Shown one piece after another: positions 1-13,019 of a stretch of DNA of 64,000 nucleotides. This DNA comes from Mobula hypostoma (taxonomy: Eukaryota). The notes beneath the pieces are model-generated. The model saw only the letters and a program-made list of their open reading frames with translations, made no database searches and was not told the origin of the DNA. Position numbers and translations under genes: made by a program. The DNA lies in contig NC_086097.1 in the NCBI RefSeq assembly GCF_963921235.1, forward strand, positions 117,430,001 through 117,494,000, in the 5' to 3' direction. Each line of letters begins with the position of its first letter. The stretch's first letter is position 1.

Positions 1-289
1 GAGTTGCTCATGGTTGGTTGTATTGCCATGATGTGGCTGCCCGTTCCTTCAGACGATTGAAATAACACCTCTGAGAAGAGACAGAATAACCATGAGTGGT
101 ACCATTCGTTTTGGAGATGGTGCATATATCCAAGTTTGCATGATTCACAAACTGTTTCTGGATTGATTTTCTGGGTCAGAGCCGGCCTGCTGCTCCTTCT
201 GACAAGTTGTCACGTTCTTCAGCCCCACTCCCACTCTTCCTAATTCATAGCAAATTGAATATCTGATGCAACAGACATTAATTGACACA

Positions 290-915
290 TTTTTAGATTT
301 TTTTTAGATTATGAAGACACGTAGTCCTCTTTTATTGTCATTTAGTAATGCATGCATTAAGAAAAGATACAATATTTCCTCCGGTGTGATATCACTAAAC
401 ACAGGACAGACCAAGACTGAGAAAACTGACAAAACCACATTATAACATATAGTTACAACAGTTCAACAATACCATAACTTGATGAAGAAGTCCATGAGTA
501 CAGTAAAAGTTCAAAGTCTCTCAAATGTCCCTCATCAGACGGGAGAAGGAAGAAAAACTCTCCCTGCCATGCCAACCACAGTCCGACTCTGAGTCATCCA
601 AAAACTTCGAGCTCTGATCAGCTCTCTGACACCGAGTACTGAGTGCCATCTCTGTCCAAATGATTCGACTTCAATCTCGGTCGCCAACAGCAGGTAAAGC
701 CAGGGATTTTGGGGTCTACCCTCCGAAAGATTCCCGACCATGCAATAACAACAGCAGCGAATGAGCGTTTCAGAAATTTCCCCAGATGTTCCTCTGTGCT
801 TTCACGTCCATTCTCCATCAAATCAGAATTGTCCACAGCCCCTTTTTAACAGATACGATATCATGTTTTACCAGAGGGCTGCGCACAAGCAGGTGCGCTG
901 CTCTCTCTCCTCCCA
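290..915 (-). mobile_element. Non-autonomous retroposon (SINE-like)
   Basis: On the minus strand it ends in ATGACAATAAAA followed by a short (AATCTAAAA)-type tail. No ORF. Similar architecture at ~29010-29500 and ~41920-42770. Confidence 0.45.
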
Positions 916-927
916 TTGATATTTTGG

Positions 928-1165
928 TTGGCATGGTAGTGCAGCAGTTAGTGCAACTGCTTTAAAGCGCCAGCAACATAAGGAGCTTGTACATTCTCCC
1001 TGTAACCATGTGAGTTTTCTTTGGGTGCTCTGCTTTCTGCCACATTCCATAGACATACGGGTTAGTAGGTTAATTGATCACTGGGGTTTAATTGGGTGGT
1101 CTGGGCTCTCTGAGCCCAAAGGTCCTGTTACCATGCTGTGTCACTAAAATTAAAATTAAAATAAT
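928..1165 (+). mobile_element. V-SINE (HE1-like tRNA-derived SINE)
   Basis: tRNA-like head; V-domain-like GAGCTTGTACATTCTCCCTGTAACCATGTGAGTTTTCTTTGGGTGCTCTGCTTTCTGCCACATTCC; (TAAAAT)n tail. Confidence 0.8.
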
Positions 1166-3318
1166 ATTTATGTCCATCAGAGTTTTTGAACTCCAGAAGC
1201 TACTTGAAAGAAAACACAGGAGCCGGGCATGTTTCATCCACTTAGTTTTTCTTTAATGAGGAACCCACACATGACACAGTGACATAATGATGTATGCCAT
1301 TCACATACTTTTACATATAGTCCATTCTGATGTCCGGGTCCAATGGCATGGACAAATGTTACTAAACTGGAGTCTTCACTGGTTGCAGTTGAATGTTCTT
1401 GACTCCTCTGTGCCTTGTCATGCCCTTTGCTCTGCATGAAGTGTTGCAGTACTGCCTTCCTACCTGTTGGACCTCACTGTAGATCTCATTCACCCAGTCC
1501 GCCAGAGCTGACTTTGCATGCTAGGGTGCATGTCCCCATCTCACCTGAGTATGAAGCTGCTGGCTACCTTCACCTGGTTTAGCCCACCTGTTGAAGCAGT
1601 GTACCGGGGCGTGGTCACTCTCACATGTAAACAGTTACTAGGAACTAAAGGTGAGATTCAAAATGGACATTAGTAGTTGACAATCTGTAATGACGGTAAA
1701 CCCTGGCCCATACAGGCACTGGGTGAAATGTTTTACACCCCAAACCAGGCTCAAAGCCTCACTGGCAATTGTACATAATTTTTCTCTGCAGCAGTAAGAG
1801 AATGTGATGTAAAGACTTTGGCAAGTTCACTTCCGTCGCTCATAATATGCGAAATGACTCCACCTATACCATAAGGCGACATGTCACAGGTAAGCTGCTA
1901 TGGATGATGTGGATCAGAACGTGTGAGCACAGTGTCTGATATCACCATTTCCTTTGGCTTTTTAAAGTCACCTCACACTGTTTTATAAATTGCCATTTCT
2001 TTCCAATTTGTAATCATGAGTTCAAGGGGTGGAGCACAATAGTCAGGTTTGGCAGGAAATTGTTGTAGTGATTGACGTATCCTAAAGAGCACCACAATCA
2101 TGATACCTCATTTAACCTTGGAGTATCCACCACTGCTTGAATCTTTTCAGCACTGCAGCAAGTGATGTTTGGTTTAAAGAATGAACTCTTGTTCCTTCAT
2201 GCTCCGAGCCCATAATCTTCTAATCTTTTTAACACTGTCTTGAGATTTTTGAGATGTTCCCAGTCATCCTCATTGGTAATATGATGTTGCCCATGTCTGG
2301 GCAGACTTGCAGCACTTGTTCCTTAGCTTTCTGTCAGAGTGAAGGTGCAGATGCTACTCCAAAAATGAGCCTATTATTGTCATAAAGCTCATTGTGTGCT
2401 CACAGTGTGAAAAACTTGGACTCTTCTTCCATCTCCACCTGTAGGTAGATCGCAGCTCAGTCCACTTTGCTGAAGTTTTTCCCTCCAGAAGTTTTGCAAA
2501 AATACAGTATCATCGTTACTGGGCAGGGGGTATGGATCTGCTTTCAGTATTGGGTTGATGGTGATCTTAAAATTGCACAGGTCCTGTCAGACACATCCTA
2601 CTTGGCTACTAGTACCACTGTCATTGCCCACGGGCTCCACTCAACCTTGGAAAGAACTCCTTCAACCTCCATGCAATTTAGCTCACTGGCTATTTTGTCA
2701 CAGATTGTATAGGAACCGGACGGGCTTTGTAAAAACTGGGGGTGGCATTTTCATTTAACGCTATTTTAGCCTTAATATGTTTGAGTTTTCCAATGCCAAC
2801 CTTGAACACTGCTGTGGCAATACCTTTAATAACTCCACTTCAGCTGACTTTGTTGCAGGGGATGTAGCATGCAAATGGTGGATGGGTCTCCAATCTAGTT
2901 GTAGTTGTCTCATCCATCAGGGCCTAACAATGCTGGACCTCCTCTTTTTACCGCATATCAGCTCAATGTTGCATTTCGCTGTTACAAATGTCATATTCAC
3001 AGGATTTACTGCACCTATTCTCCAGTATAAATTTTTAGTTGGATATCTGCAGGCTTTAGTTCAGTATCAGTGAAATGCCATTCAAAATCATTTTGTGAAA
3101 TTTCTGAAATTTGTCAAGACAGTTTCCAATTCCATTTTAATTAATTAGCCGTTCACTTCTGGTGTAAGCCATATTTCTTCTCTCTTGTTGGTTTTCACAT
3201 TTTAAATCTCAAGACTACCTAGTCCTGTGTCACTCTCATCATTATCAGATTTTTCAACAACACCATGCAGATTAGTGCTCTTTTGGAAGCCTTAACTTGA
3301 CTTTTTATATTATTCTCT

Positions 3319-5085
3319 GAAGCAGAGTCCTAGGCTGCCAGAGGATTCTGCAAGGGCTCAAAAAGCTGGTGGAGTGGGCCCGGATGTGTTTCAAACCTGC
3401 CAAATCAAGATTGATGGAGCTGAGGAAAGTGAAGGTGGAGAACAAATTCCGGTTCAGCATCGCAGGCACAGCCATCCCAACCATCACAGAAAAGCCACTC
3501 AAGAGCTTAGGCAAAGTTTTTGACAGCTCTTTAAGGGACACAACATCCATTCAGGCAACCTGCACCGAGTTGGATGGCTGGCTGAAATCTGTGGACAAGT
3601 TTGGCCTACCTGGGAAGTTTAAAGCCTGGGTGTATCAGCATGACATTCTTCCCAGAATCCTGTGGCCCCTATGCAGTTCCGATCTCAACAGCTGAAACCT
3701 TAGAGAGGAGGGTTAACAACCACCTCCAGAGATGGCTGGGGCTGCCAAAGAGCCTAAGCAACATTGCACTCTATGGACACCACAACAAACTGCAACTGCC
3801 CTTCAAATCCTTGGAGGAAGAATTCAAGGTAACAAGAACCAGAGAAGTGGACTCAAGTGACCCAAAGGTGGCTAGAGCAGGGATCCAAGTAAATACTGGC
3901 AGGAAATGGAGGGCAGAGGAAGCTGTTCAGGAAGCAGAGGCGAGGCTGCGTCACAGGAGGCTGGTGGGAGTGGTCACACAAGGCCGAGCTGAGCTAGGAC
4001 CTTTTCCAACTCCCCAAATGGACACCAGAGGGAAAGAAAGGCGTCGTCTAGTTCAGGAGGAGGTGAGAGCAGTAGTGGACGAGATGAGAGCCTGCAAGGC
4101 GGTGGGAATGAAGCAACAGGGAGCTTGGACGAGATGGGAGAATGCGGTTGAGAGGAAAGTGACCTGGGCTGATCTTTTGAAAGCCGAACGACACCCCATC
4201 CAATTTTTCATCCAGGCAGTGTACAATGTGCTTCCAAGCCCATCAAACCTGCACACATGGGGCAAGGCAGAGTCATCTGCGTACCCACTGTGCTCCAAGG
4301 GAGGAACCCTGGAGCACATCCTCAGCGGCTGCGCAAGGGCACTTGGTGAGGGACCGTACAGGTGGAGGCATGATCAGGTCCTGAAGACCATCGCTGAAGC
4401 CGTCAGCGCAGGAGTTGAGTGGGCGAAGGGGTCCCGACCCTCCAAGCAGACCATTGCCTTTGTCAGAGCTGGGGAGCAGCCAATACCTGCCAAAAGAACA
4501 TCTGCAGGCATCCTGACCTCTGCAAGGGACTAGTAGCTGTTGGTGGACCTCGAAGGGCAACTAAAGTTCCCCAACCATATCGCAGCCACCACACTGCGAC
4601 CAGACATTGTCCTAGTGTCTGAGTCTACTAAGCAAGTGGTGCTGCTGGAGCTGACAGTCCCATGGGAAGATAGCTTGGAAGAGGCCTTTGAAAGGAAGCT
4701 CTCCAAGTACGCAGGACTGGTCAGCAACTGTCAGCAGGCTGGATGGAGAGTGAGATGTCTCCCAGTGGAGGTTGGTTGTAGGGGATTCTCAGCCCATTCC
4801 TTAGCTAGAGCCTTCAGCAATTTGGGCATCGAGGGAGAGAGGAAGAGGAGAACCATCCGCAGTACCACCGTTGTGGCAGAGAGGGCCTCAAGGTGGCTGT
4901 GGCTCAAAAGAGGGGAGCCATGGAGTCATAAGTAGCTAGCCATCTGGACACAAGCTGGGGTCTCATCAGCCCCGGCTGGGTCACCTGGAGGAGGTTGTAT
5001 GATGTTGAAAGACCCGAAACACCCGATGATTCCAGGGACATCACTGAAGATGTATTCAGAAGCATCAATAGATGTATGTACACAG
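3319..5085 (+). mobile_element. 5'-truncated HERO-like non-LTR retrotransposon (RT C-terminus, Zn knuckle, restriction-like endonuclease)
   Basis: ORF pieces 3369-3695, 3601-4533 and 4540-4935 contain (Y)PLC..TLEHILSGC, RWRHDQV, RPDIVLV..LLELTVPWE..KLSKY, PVEVGCRGF. Gypsy sequence resumes on both sides, with possible TCT duplication. Confidence 0.85.
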
Positions 5086-5990
5086 TCTTCCCTGTACATT
5101 CCATTTATTTTTGTCTGCTTGACACGCTCTTTGTATGTGTTCTACCCTTTTTGCATTTTCTGCAAGTTTCACCTTTAAAACTGCATTGATCTTCTGTTTG
5201 TGAGCCCCTGATACAATGGTAACACAATCTGTTCAACCAGGCAGGTTTCTGTTTAGACATTGCAATTTTGTTTATGCTAACTTTTATTCCAGACTGCAAC
5301 TCAATTGTGTCCTTAGATACTCTTTTAAATGTCCATTATGCTTTGGCTAGATTTTTGAATGCTTTCTTTTAAGATTCCATAATCTCAACAATATCTCAGT
5401 GCATCATTAAGCCCATCATTGAACTGAAAATGCTCAGACAATTCCTTCAGTTCAGCCACTTAACCTGAAACAGGCTCCCCTTTCTTTGGATTCCGCTAAT
5501 GAAACCTAAAGTGTTTTGCAATCAACAATGATTTCAGTCTGAAATGTTCCTGCATTATGGTCACGATATGTTCATTTCAGCTGGTTTGTTTGAATCAGTT
5601 AAACTAAGCAAACTGTCCCCAATTGCACTCAGTAAAACTAGCACTCGCTTTTCATTAGCTATTTAATTTGCTGCAGAATACTGCTTAATTCATTCAGTAA
5701 ACATCATCCAGTTATCTATAGTGCAATTGAACACATCTATCTTTCTGATGTAGCCAGCTATTTCTGCTTTTCAAAATGCATGATTATTATAACCCAGTGC
5801 TCAATGTTTACGAAGCTATGAATTTTGTCTGTTTTCTGCCCTTTTACCTAACTTGATTGTCTCTGTCCCCTTCTGAAAAACAAAGTGTGCTGTGCTTTTT
5901 TAAAGAAAACTCAAATATCTCCCCCCCCCCACAAAGAAAAACATGCTGTGCTTCCCAGGCAGTTAGTCATCTCATATTTGTTATAAAACT

Positions 5991-6002
5991 ATCTCATCAC
6001 CA
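5991..6002 (-). promoter_or_regulatory. Primer-binding site, degenerate tRNA-Ser type
   Basis: Minus strand reads TGGTGATGAGAT just inside the LTR end, a CpG-decayed form of TGGCGACGAGGAT. Confidence 0.6.
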
Positions 6003-6964
6003 TTGTTACATTTTGTAACACCAGAAAATACTCTGAAGAAAAACATGGGAGCCAGGACATATTTTATTGTCTTCTTTATTCTTTAGTGAGGTGCCTACAA
6101 ATGACGCAATGGCATGATGACATATACCATTCACCTACTCCTTACATATAACCCACAATGTAAGCAACTAAGACTTCTCAATCAAATAATATATTTATAA
6201 TTATTCAAGTGTTACTGAAATATTAAATACACCACCGCAGCCAAGACAGAAACCAGAGACTCTCAAACAGTCACAGTGATGGAATTCAACAGAGATAATG
6301 TTCCTTGAGCAAGTGAACCCTAATTTCATCCCCACAAGAAAACTTACAAACCACAGTGCAGCTCTTCAGCCAGCACAGATTGAAATGGCTGAGGCAGAAG
6401 GCATTACTCTTCCCATAGCTTAATGCCAGGTTTCCTGTGGTTAAGTGGGATCAAGGCAAGTATTAGATCAGTATTGTTTGATACTGCTGCTTTTGTGATC
6501 CAAAAGTTCTTCAGATGTCAAGAGTTAGGCATAAAACTTATTGCTAAGGATTCCTTCATTAAGTGTTGCAAAAGCAAAGAAGAACAAGAAAAAGCACTGA
6601 CAAAACCAAGAAAACACAAAATAGCAAAGTAGTCATGGCTTTCTCATACTCAGACGAGAGATATCAAAAATTACAGTGATAACAATTAATTTATAAGATA
6701 GCCAGATTTGAGTGATTTAAGACCTGCTACAGAAAACTAAGAAGCTTCCAGAAAAATGCGGAAGCAAATTATGTAATTACTGGAAAAACTCACTAAACTA
6801 CTAAATGTATATAGGTGATTATATAAAATTACTAGAAAGCATAGGTAAGTTAAACTGCAAGGAAAATTCGAGAAATATAAGAATTCAACTCCCTAATCTA
6901 AAAACAGAGATGAAGACTGATGTCTCCAGCTTTTAATCTGAACTGTGTTTGCTAAAACAGCTAC

Positions 6965-7186
6965 AACACGCACAAAATGCTGATGGTACGCAGCAGGCCA
7001 GGCAGCATCTATATGAAGAAGTACAGTCGACATTTCGGGCTGAGACACTCCGTCCTGACGAAGGGTCTCGGCCCGAAATGCCTATTGTACTTCTTCCTAT
7101 AGATGCTGCCTGGCCTGCTGCATTCCACCAGCATTTTGTGGGTGTTGCTTGAATTTCCAGCATCTGAAGATTTTCTCGTGTTTGCA
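6965..7186. mobile_element. Palindromic Penelope-terminus mini-element with hammerhead motif
   Basis: ~85-bp inverted arms; central CTGACGAAGGGTCTCGGCCCGAAA. Flanked by TTTGCTAAAAC(A/T)GCTAC at 6948-6964 and 7187-7203. Confidence 0.8.
7055..7100 (+). ncRNA. Minimal type-I hammerhead ribozyme-like motif
   Basis: CUGACGA, then GGG/CCC stem II, then GAAA. Family consensus from other copies continues GAAAC-GTCGACT-GTA (palindromic loop 3, GUA cleavage triplet). Confidence 0.6.
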
Positions 7187-7319
7187 TTTGCTAAAACTGC
7201 TACTTATTTTACTTAGCACTGCCAGTCATGTCTAAAATTTGCTGTCAGTTCAGGAAGTAAATCAAAACACTCATTCAAACAAACTTCTCAGTTAGCTGTT
7301 GCACTATTCAGAATTAGGA

Positions 7320-7545
7320 ACGGCGTGGTACCGCAGTGGTTAGAAGACACTATTACAGTACCAGTGATCTGGGTTCAATTCCTGTCACAGTCTGTAAAGA
7401 GTATGTACATTCTCTCAATAATTGTGTGGGCTTCCTCCAAATGCTCTGGTTTCCTCCCACATTCTAAAGGTGTATGGGTTAGCAGGTTAATTAGTCACAT
7501 GGGCATAATTGAGTGGTGCAGGCTTGTTATGGCCAGAAGACCGTG
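7320..7545 (+). mobile_element. V-SINE (HE1-like)
   Basis: A/B-box-like head and V-domain (TGCTCTGGTTTCCTCCCACATTC); tail cut by the adjacent CR1. Confidence 0.75.
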
Positions 7546-10500
7546 ACATAGGAGCAGGTTAGGCCATTTGGCCCATTGAGTCTACTTTGCATCATGGTTG
7601 ATCCAATTTTCCTTTCAGTTCCAATCTTCTGCCTCCTCCCCATATTTTTTCATGCCCTGACCAAACAAGGGTATTTCAACCTCTGCTTTAACCATACATA
7701 AAAGCTTGCCCTCCACAGTTGCCTGTGGCAAAAAATTCCACAGATTCACCACTCTATGGCTCAAGAAATTCCTCCTCATCTCCATTCTAAAATGATGCCC
7801 CTCTGTTCTGGGCTGTGTTCTCAGAACGTAGACTCTCCCATCAGAGGAGACATCCTCTCCACATCCGCTCTATCAAACCCTTTTACCATTTGATAGGTTT
7901 CAATGAGATTGCCCCCTCATTCTTCTGAATTCTAGTGAATACAGGCTCAGAGTCATCAAACACTCTTCACATGACAAGTCATTCCATCCTGGAATCATTT
8001 TTGTTAACCTCTTGTGAAACTTCTCCAGTTTCAGCAAACCTTTTCTGAGATAAGGGGCCCAAAACTGCTCACAATACTCCAAATAGGGCCTCATAGGTGT
8101 TTTACGAATTCTTGACATTACATTGTTGCTTTTATATTCTAGTCCTCTTGAAATGAATGCTAACATTACATTTGCCTGCCTCACCAAAGACTGAACATGA
8201 ACTTGGAACCCCTGCAAAAGGACTCCCAAGTCCCTTTGCAGTCCAGATATTTGTCTTTTCTTTCTATTTAGAAAATGGTCAACTCTTTCACTTCCTCTAA
8301 CAAAGTGCATGACCACACACTTCCTGATACTATAATTCCAGCTGCCATTTCTTTGCCTATTCTCCTGATCTGGCCAAGTGGTTGTGTGACCTCTCTACTT
8401 CCTCAAAACTACCTGCCCCTCCACCTACCTTCATATTGTCTGCAAACTTTGCAACAAAGCCATCAATTCCATCATCCAAATCAATGACATATAACATAAA
8501 AAGAATTAGTCCCAACACAGACCTCTGTGAAACACCAGCAGTCACACAGCCAAATAGAAAAGGTTCCCTTTATTCCCACTCTTTGCTTCCTGCTAATCAC
8601 CACTGCTTTATCCATGCTAGAATCTTTACTGCATTACCATTGGCTCATAGCTTGTAAAGCAGCCTCATGTGTGTCACCTTGTCAAAGGCCTTCTGAAAAT
8701 CCATGTACACAATATCAATCAATTCCCCTTTGTCTATTCTGCTTATTATTTCTTCAAAGAATTCTAACAAATTTGTCAGGCAAGGTTTTATTTTGAGGAA
8801 ACCATGCTGACTATTGGCCTATTTTATCGTGTGCCTCCAAGTACTCTGACACCTCATCCTTAATGCTCAACTCCAACATCTTCCCACCACTGAGGTCAGA
8901 CTAACTGGCCTGTAGTTTCCTTTCGTCTGCCTCTCTCCCTTCTTGAAGAGTGGAGTGACATTTTCAATTTTCCAGTCTTCTGGAACCATTTCAGAATCTA
9001 GTGATGCTTGAAAGATCATTACTAATGCCTCCACAATCTCTTCAGCCACCTCTTTCAGAATCCTGGGGTGTACACCATCTGGTCCAGATGATTTATCTAC
9101 CTTCAGACTTTTCAGTTTCCCAAGGACCTTCTCTCTAATTATGGTAACTACACACACTTCCTGATCACTGAGACCAGGAACTTCCATCATACTGCTAGTG
9201 TCTTCCACAGTGAAGACTGATGCAAAATACTTATTCAGTTTGTCCACTACTTGTGTGTCCCCCATTACTACCTCTCCAGCATTGTTTTCCAGTGGTCCAA
9301 TATCCACTCTTGCCTCCTTTTTTATACTTTATCTATCTGAAGAAACTTTTGGTATTCTCTTTAATATTATTGGTTACCTTACTTTTGTATTCTGTCTTTA
9401 CCTTCTAACTGACATTTTTAGTTACCTTCTGTTGGTTTTTAAAAACTGCCCAATCCTCTAAGTTCCCATTAATTTTTGCTCTATTATATGACCTCTCTTT
9501 GGATTTTATGTTGGCTTTGACTTCTCTTTGTGCCTTTAGAATATTTCTTCCTCTTTGGGATGTATATATCCTGTGCCTTCGGAACTGCTTCCAGAAATTC
9601 CAGCCTTTGCTGCTTTTCTGTCATCCTTGCTGGTGTTCTTTTCCAGTCAATTCTGGCCAACTCCTCTCCCATGACTCTGTAATTCAATTTACTCCACTTT
9701 AGTACTGATACACATGACTTTAGCTTCTCCTTCTCAAAGTTCAGGCTGAATTCTATCATATTATGATCACTTGCTCCGAAGGGAGCTCTCTAATCAATTC
9801 TAGTTCATTGCCCAACACCCAGTCCAGAATAGCTGATTCCCCTAGTGGGCTCAACCATGAGCTGCTCTAAAAAGCCACTCTAGACATCCCCTCCTGGAAT
9901 CCAGCTCCAGCCTATTTTCTCCAATCTACCTGCATTTTGAAGTCCCCCATGACTATTGTAACATTGCCATTTTGGCATACATTTTCTATCTACCGTTGTA
10001 ATTTGTAGTCCACATCCTTACTACTGTTTGGGGACCTGTATACAACTCCCATCAGGGTTTCTTTACTCTTGCAATTTCTTAGCTCTAACAACAATGATTC
10101 AGCACCTTCCCACAATACGTCACCTCTTTCTAATGATTTGATTTTGATTTTTTACCAACAGAGCAATGCTGGCATATCTGTCTTCCTGCCTCTTCTTTGG
10201 ATACAATGTGTATCCTTGAACATTAAGCTCTGCTATAATCTTCTTTCAGCCATGATTCAGTGATGTCTACAGCATCATACCTGCCAATCTGCGACTGTGC
10301 TGCAAGTTGCTCTATTTTATTCCATATACTGCATACATTGAAATATAACACCTTCAGTCCCATATTCACCATTTTTGATTTTGTCTGCCTTTTTCATTGC
10401 AACTCTTCCTGTTGACTGCAATTTTGCCCTATTGAGCCTCTCCTCACCACACATTGCCTCTCTTTGTAAATCATTTACCTCATCTTCAGCACTATTATCC

Positions 10501-11830
10501 GCCTTTCCTACGATATTTCCTGCATTGAAGTATATGCAGCTCAGGACATTAGTCGCACCATGCTCAACCATTTGACTCCTAACTTTCTCTGAGGTCTGAC
10601 CAACATCCGCCTCCACAACCTCTCCACTCACTGTTCTGGCACTCTGGTTCCCTTCCTCCTGCAACTCTAGTTGAAACCTCACCATACAGCATTAACAAAC
10701 CTTCTCATTAGAATATTAGTCCCCCTTCAGTTTAGAGGTAAACCATCCCTTCTGTACAGGTCCCACCTTCCCTGGAAGATAGCCCAATGATCCAAAAGTA
10801 TTATGCCCTCCCTCCTTCACCAAATCCTTAGCCAGGTATTAAACTGTATAATCCTTCTAGTTGTGGCCTCACTAGCATGTGGCACAAGTAGCAATTCTGA
10901 GATCACAACCCTGGAGGTCTTTTCATTTAACTAAGCACCTAACTCCCTGAACTGCAGAACATTGTCACTCGCCCTACCCATGTCATTGGTACATACATGG
11001 AGCACAACTTCTGGCTGTTCAACCTGCCACTTAAGAATGCTGAGGACTCAATCTGAGATATCCTGGACCCTGGTACCCAGGAGGCAACGTACCATCTGGG
11101 AATCTTGTTCTCGTCCACACAACCTCCTGTCCATTTCCCTGACTAAAGGATCCCCTATCATCACAGTGTGCCTCTTCTTCCCCCCTACCCTTCTGATTCA
11201 CAGAGGCAGACTCGGTACCAGAGACCTAACCACTGTGACTTTCCTCTGTTTGGTCATTGACCTGACAATATCCAAAGTAATATACCTGTTGTTGAGGGGG
11301 ATGGCCATAGGGGTACTCTGCACTGGCTCCTTAATCCCTTTCCCCTTCCTGATTGTCACCCAGTTTCCTGTGTCCTGCAACTTAGGCGTAACTAGCTTTC
11401 TATATGTCCTATCTATCACCCCCTCAGCCTCCTGAATGATCTGTAGTTCTTTCAGTTCCAGCTCCAATTCATTAATGCTGATTGTTAGAAATTGCAGCTG
11501 GATGCACCTCGCAGTTGTAGTCATCAGGATCACCGGATGTCTCCTTGTCTCCCCACATCCCGCAAAAAGAGCATTCAACTATCCTGCCTGGCATCTCTAA
11601 TGCCCTTACTAAGCAGATACAAAGGGTAGGAGAAACTTGCAGCTTAACGTTGAGCTTTTCTTTCCTTTGCTTTCCAAGTCTGAAGCCTCTCTTCGTTGAA
11701 GCCCAGAAGAGCGAAAGCCTCAAGATCATCGGTCTGACACTATCTGCTGCCGTGATGTCACTGTGCTTGCCTTTGCCTTCCTTTAATTTGCTCTTGGTAA
11801 TCAACCCAAATGCTGACTGGTCACTATAAG
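7546..11830 (-). mobile_element. Near full-length decayed CR1 LINE (ORF1 Cys-rich + esterase, ORF2 APE-RT)
   Basis: RT pieces: KSSGPDGVHPRILKE..GNYRPVSLTSVV, AKFADNMKVGG, RPYLEYCEQFWAPY. Endonuclease remnants at 9700-10350. ORF1 ECSFCGMW..DDYNC plus esterase-like remnants at 10700-11200. Confidence 0.92.
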
Positions 11831-13019
11831 CTCTTATTTACTGTAGTGACCCGCTGCTGCTTTTATACTTGAGCAGTGGACCTGATTGAAATGCCCTCCG
11901 CTCGAAACTTCCGATGAATGGATTGGCCACTGGTCAAAGCTCTTTCTCTCTTGTTGGGCTTGTTATTGCGCCGCATCTCTGAATAAGTAAAATAACAATA
12001 ATAAAATAATAAATTCATATTACTCCAAGTAAACAATATGTAGAACGTATACAATTGTGAATTTAGTCTAAAACCAGCCAGAACTTTGCTTGTTGTAAAT
12101 TGGCATTATAAATTAAAATCACAACCAAACTACAATTACTACACAAATTCATGCAGTAACAATACTTGCTATGGCAATATCTGTTTCAACAGTTATCAAG
12201 TAGCTTGCTGGAATCTATTTTCCATTTCAGTTCATCATCACTTCCTTTGTTCAGAAAACACTTGCAGTGACAGAATTACAGTTTATCAGTTTTCATAATT
12301 CTTGTACCCTGAGGCTCGTCTGAAATAAAAATGTCAGCTTTAAGTACCAGAGGGATGTGGGTGAGTTACTTGACGGCTTATATTGAAACACTCATTAAAG
12401 TAATAAACATCATTGACAGCTATGCTTTGCAAAGAATATACATTAGCAGAAAATATTAAAGGATTTTTTTCTCCTGCAGATGTGAAGAGGATAGATTGGC
12501 CACCACCAGAAAGTGTCTGCAGGGGTTAGATTTGTGAGTCACAATTAATGCAAGGTCATTGATTGCAATCCAGGCAACACATCAGCTTCCGGCTACCTGC
12601 TCACTCTTAAAATTTCTTTGATGCATTCTTGTTAATTAGCTGCATACATCAGTGGGAGCTTTAATATCACAACTTGGATTATGTTGGCCTGCCCTGATTA
12701 AATGTAGACTGCATTTCTGAAGGAGAAGGGACATTGTAGCTGCATCAGATCTTTCAAAAATTGTTGACTTACATAAAATACTTCAACTCATTGTGCATCC
12801 GTACTTGAAGAGACTACTAGGAGTCAACTTCTTTGTCTGGTGTTACATTTAAGCCAGGCTCAAAAAGCAAGTGAATGAAATGTGTATTTATGACCATCTA
12901 TCATTAACGCTATTGAACCAGGTCTTGTTTTAAGATTCTGTAATTATCTAGTAATTAGTATTTAAATTTCCAGATGTTTTGGTTCAGATTAAAACATGGT
13001 CTATCAATCAATCAATTTT

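Larger units (their letters stand above)
1170..6234 (-). mobile_element. Decayed Ty3/Gypsy LTR retrotransposon, Mag-like
   Basis: Diverged LTR pair (~1170-1325, truncated, and ~6004-6234). Gag with twin Zn knuckles (CYHC..QC, CRKC; ORF 5105-5299). Minus-strand RT remnants at 2200-2600 (GGKNFSKVD..YLQVEM..NRLIFGVASAP..HLKNLKTVLKRL). Many stops; interrupted by the HERO-like insertion. Confidence 0.85.
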
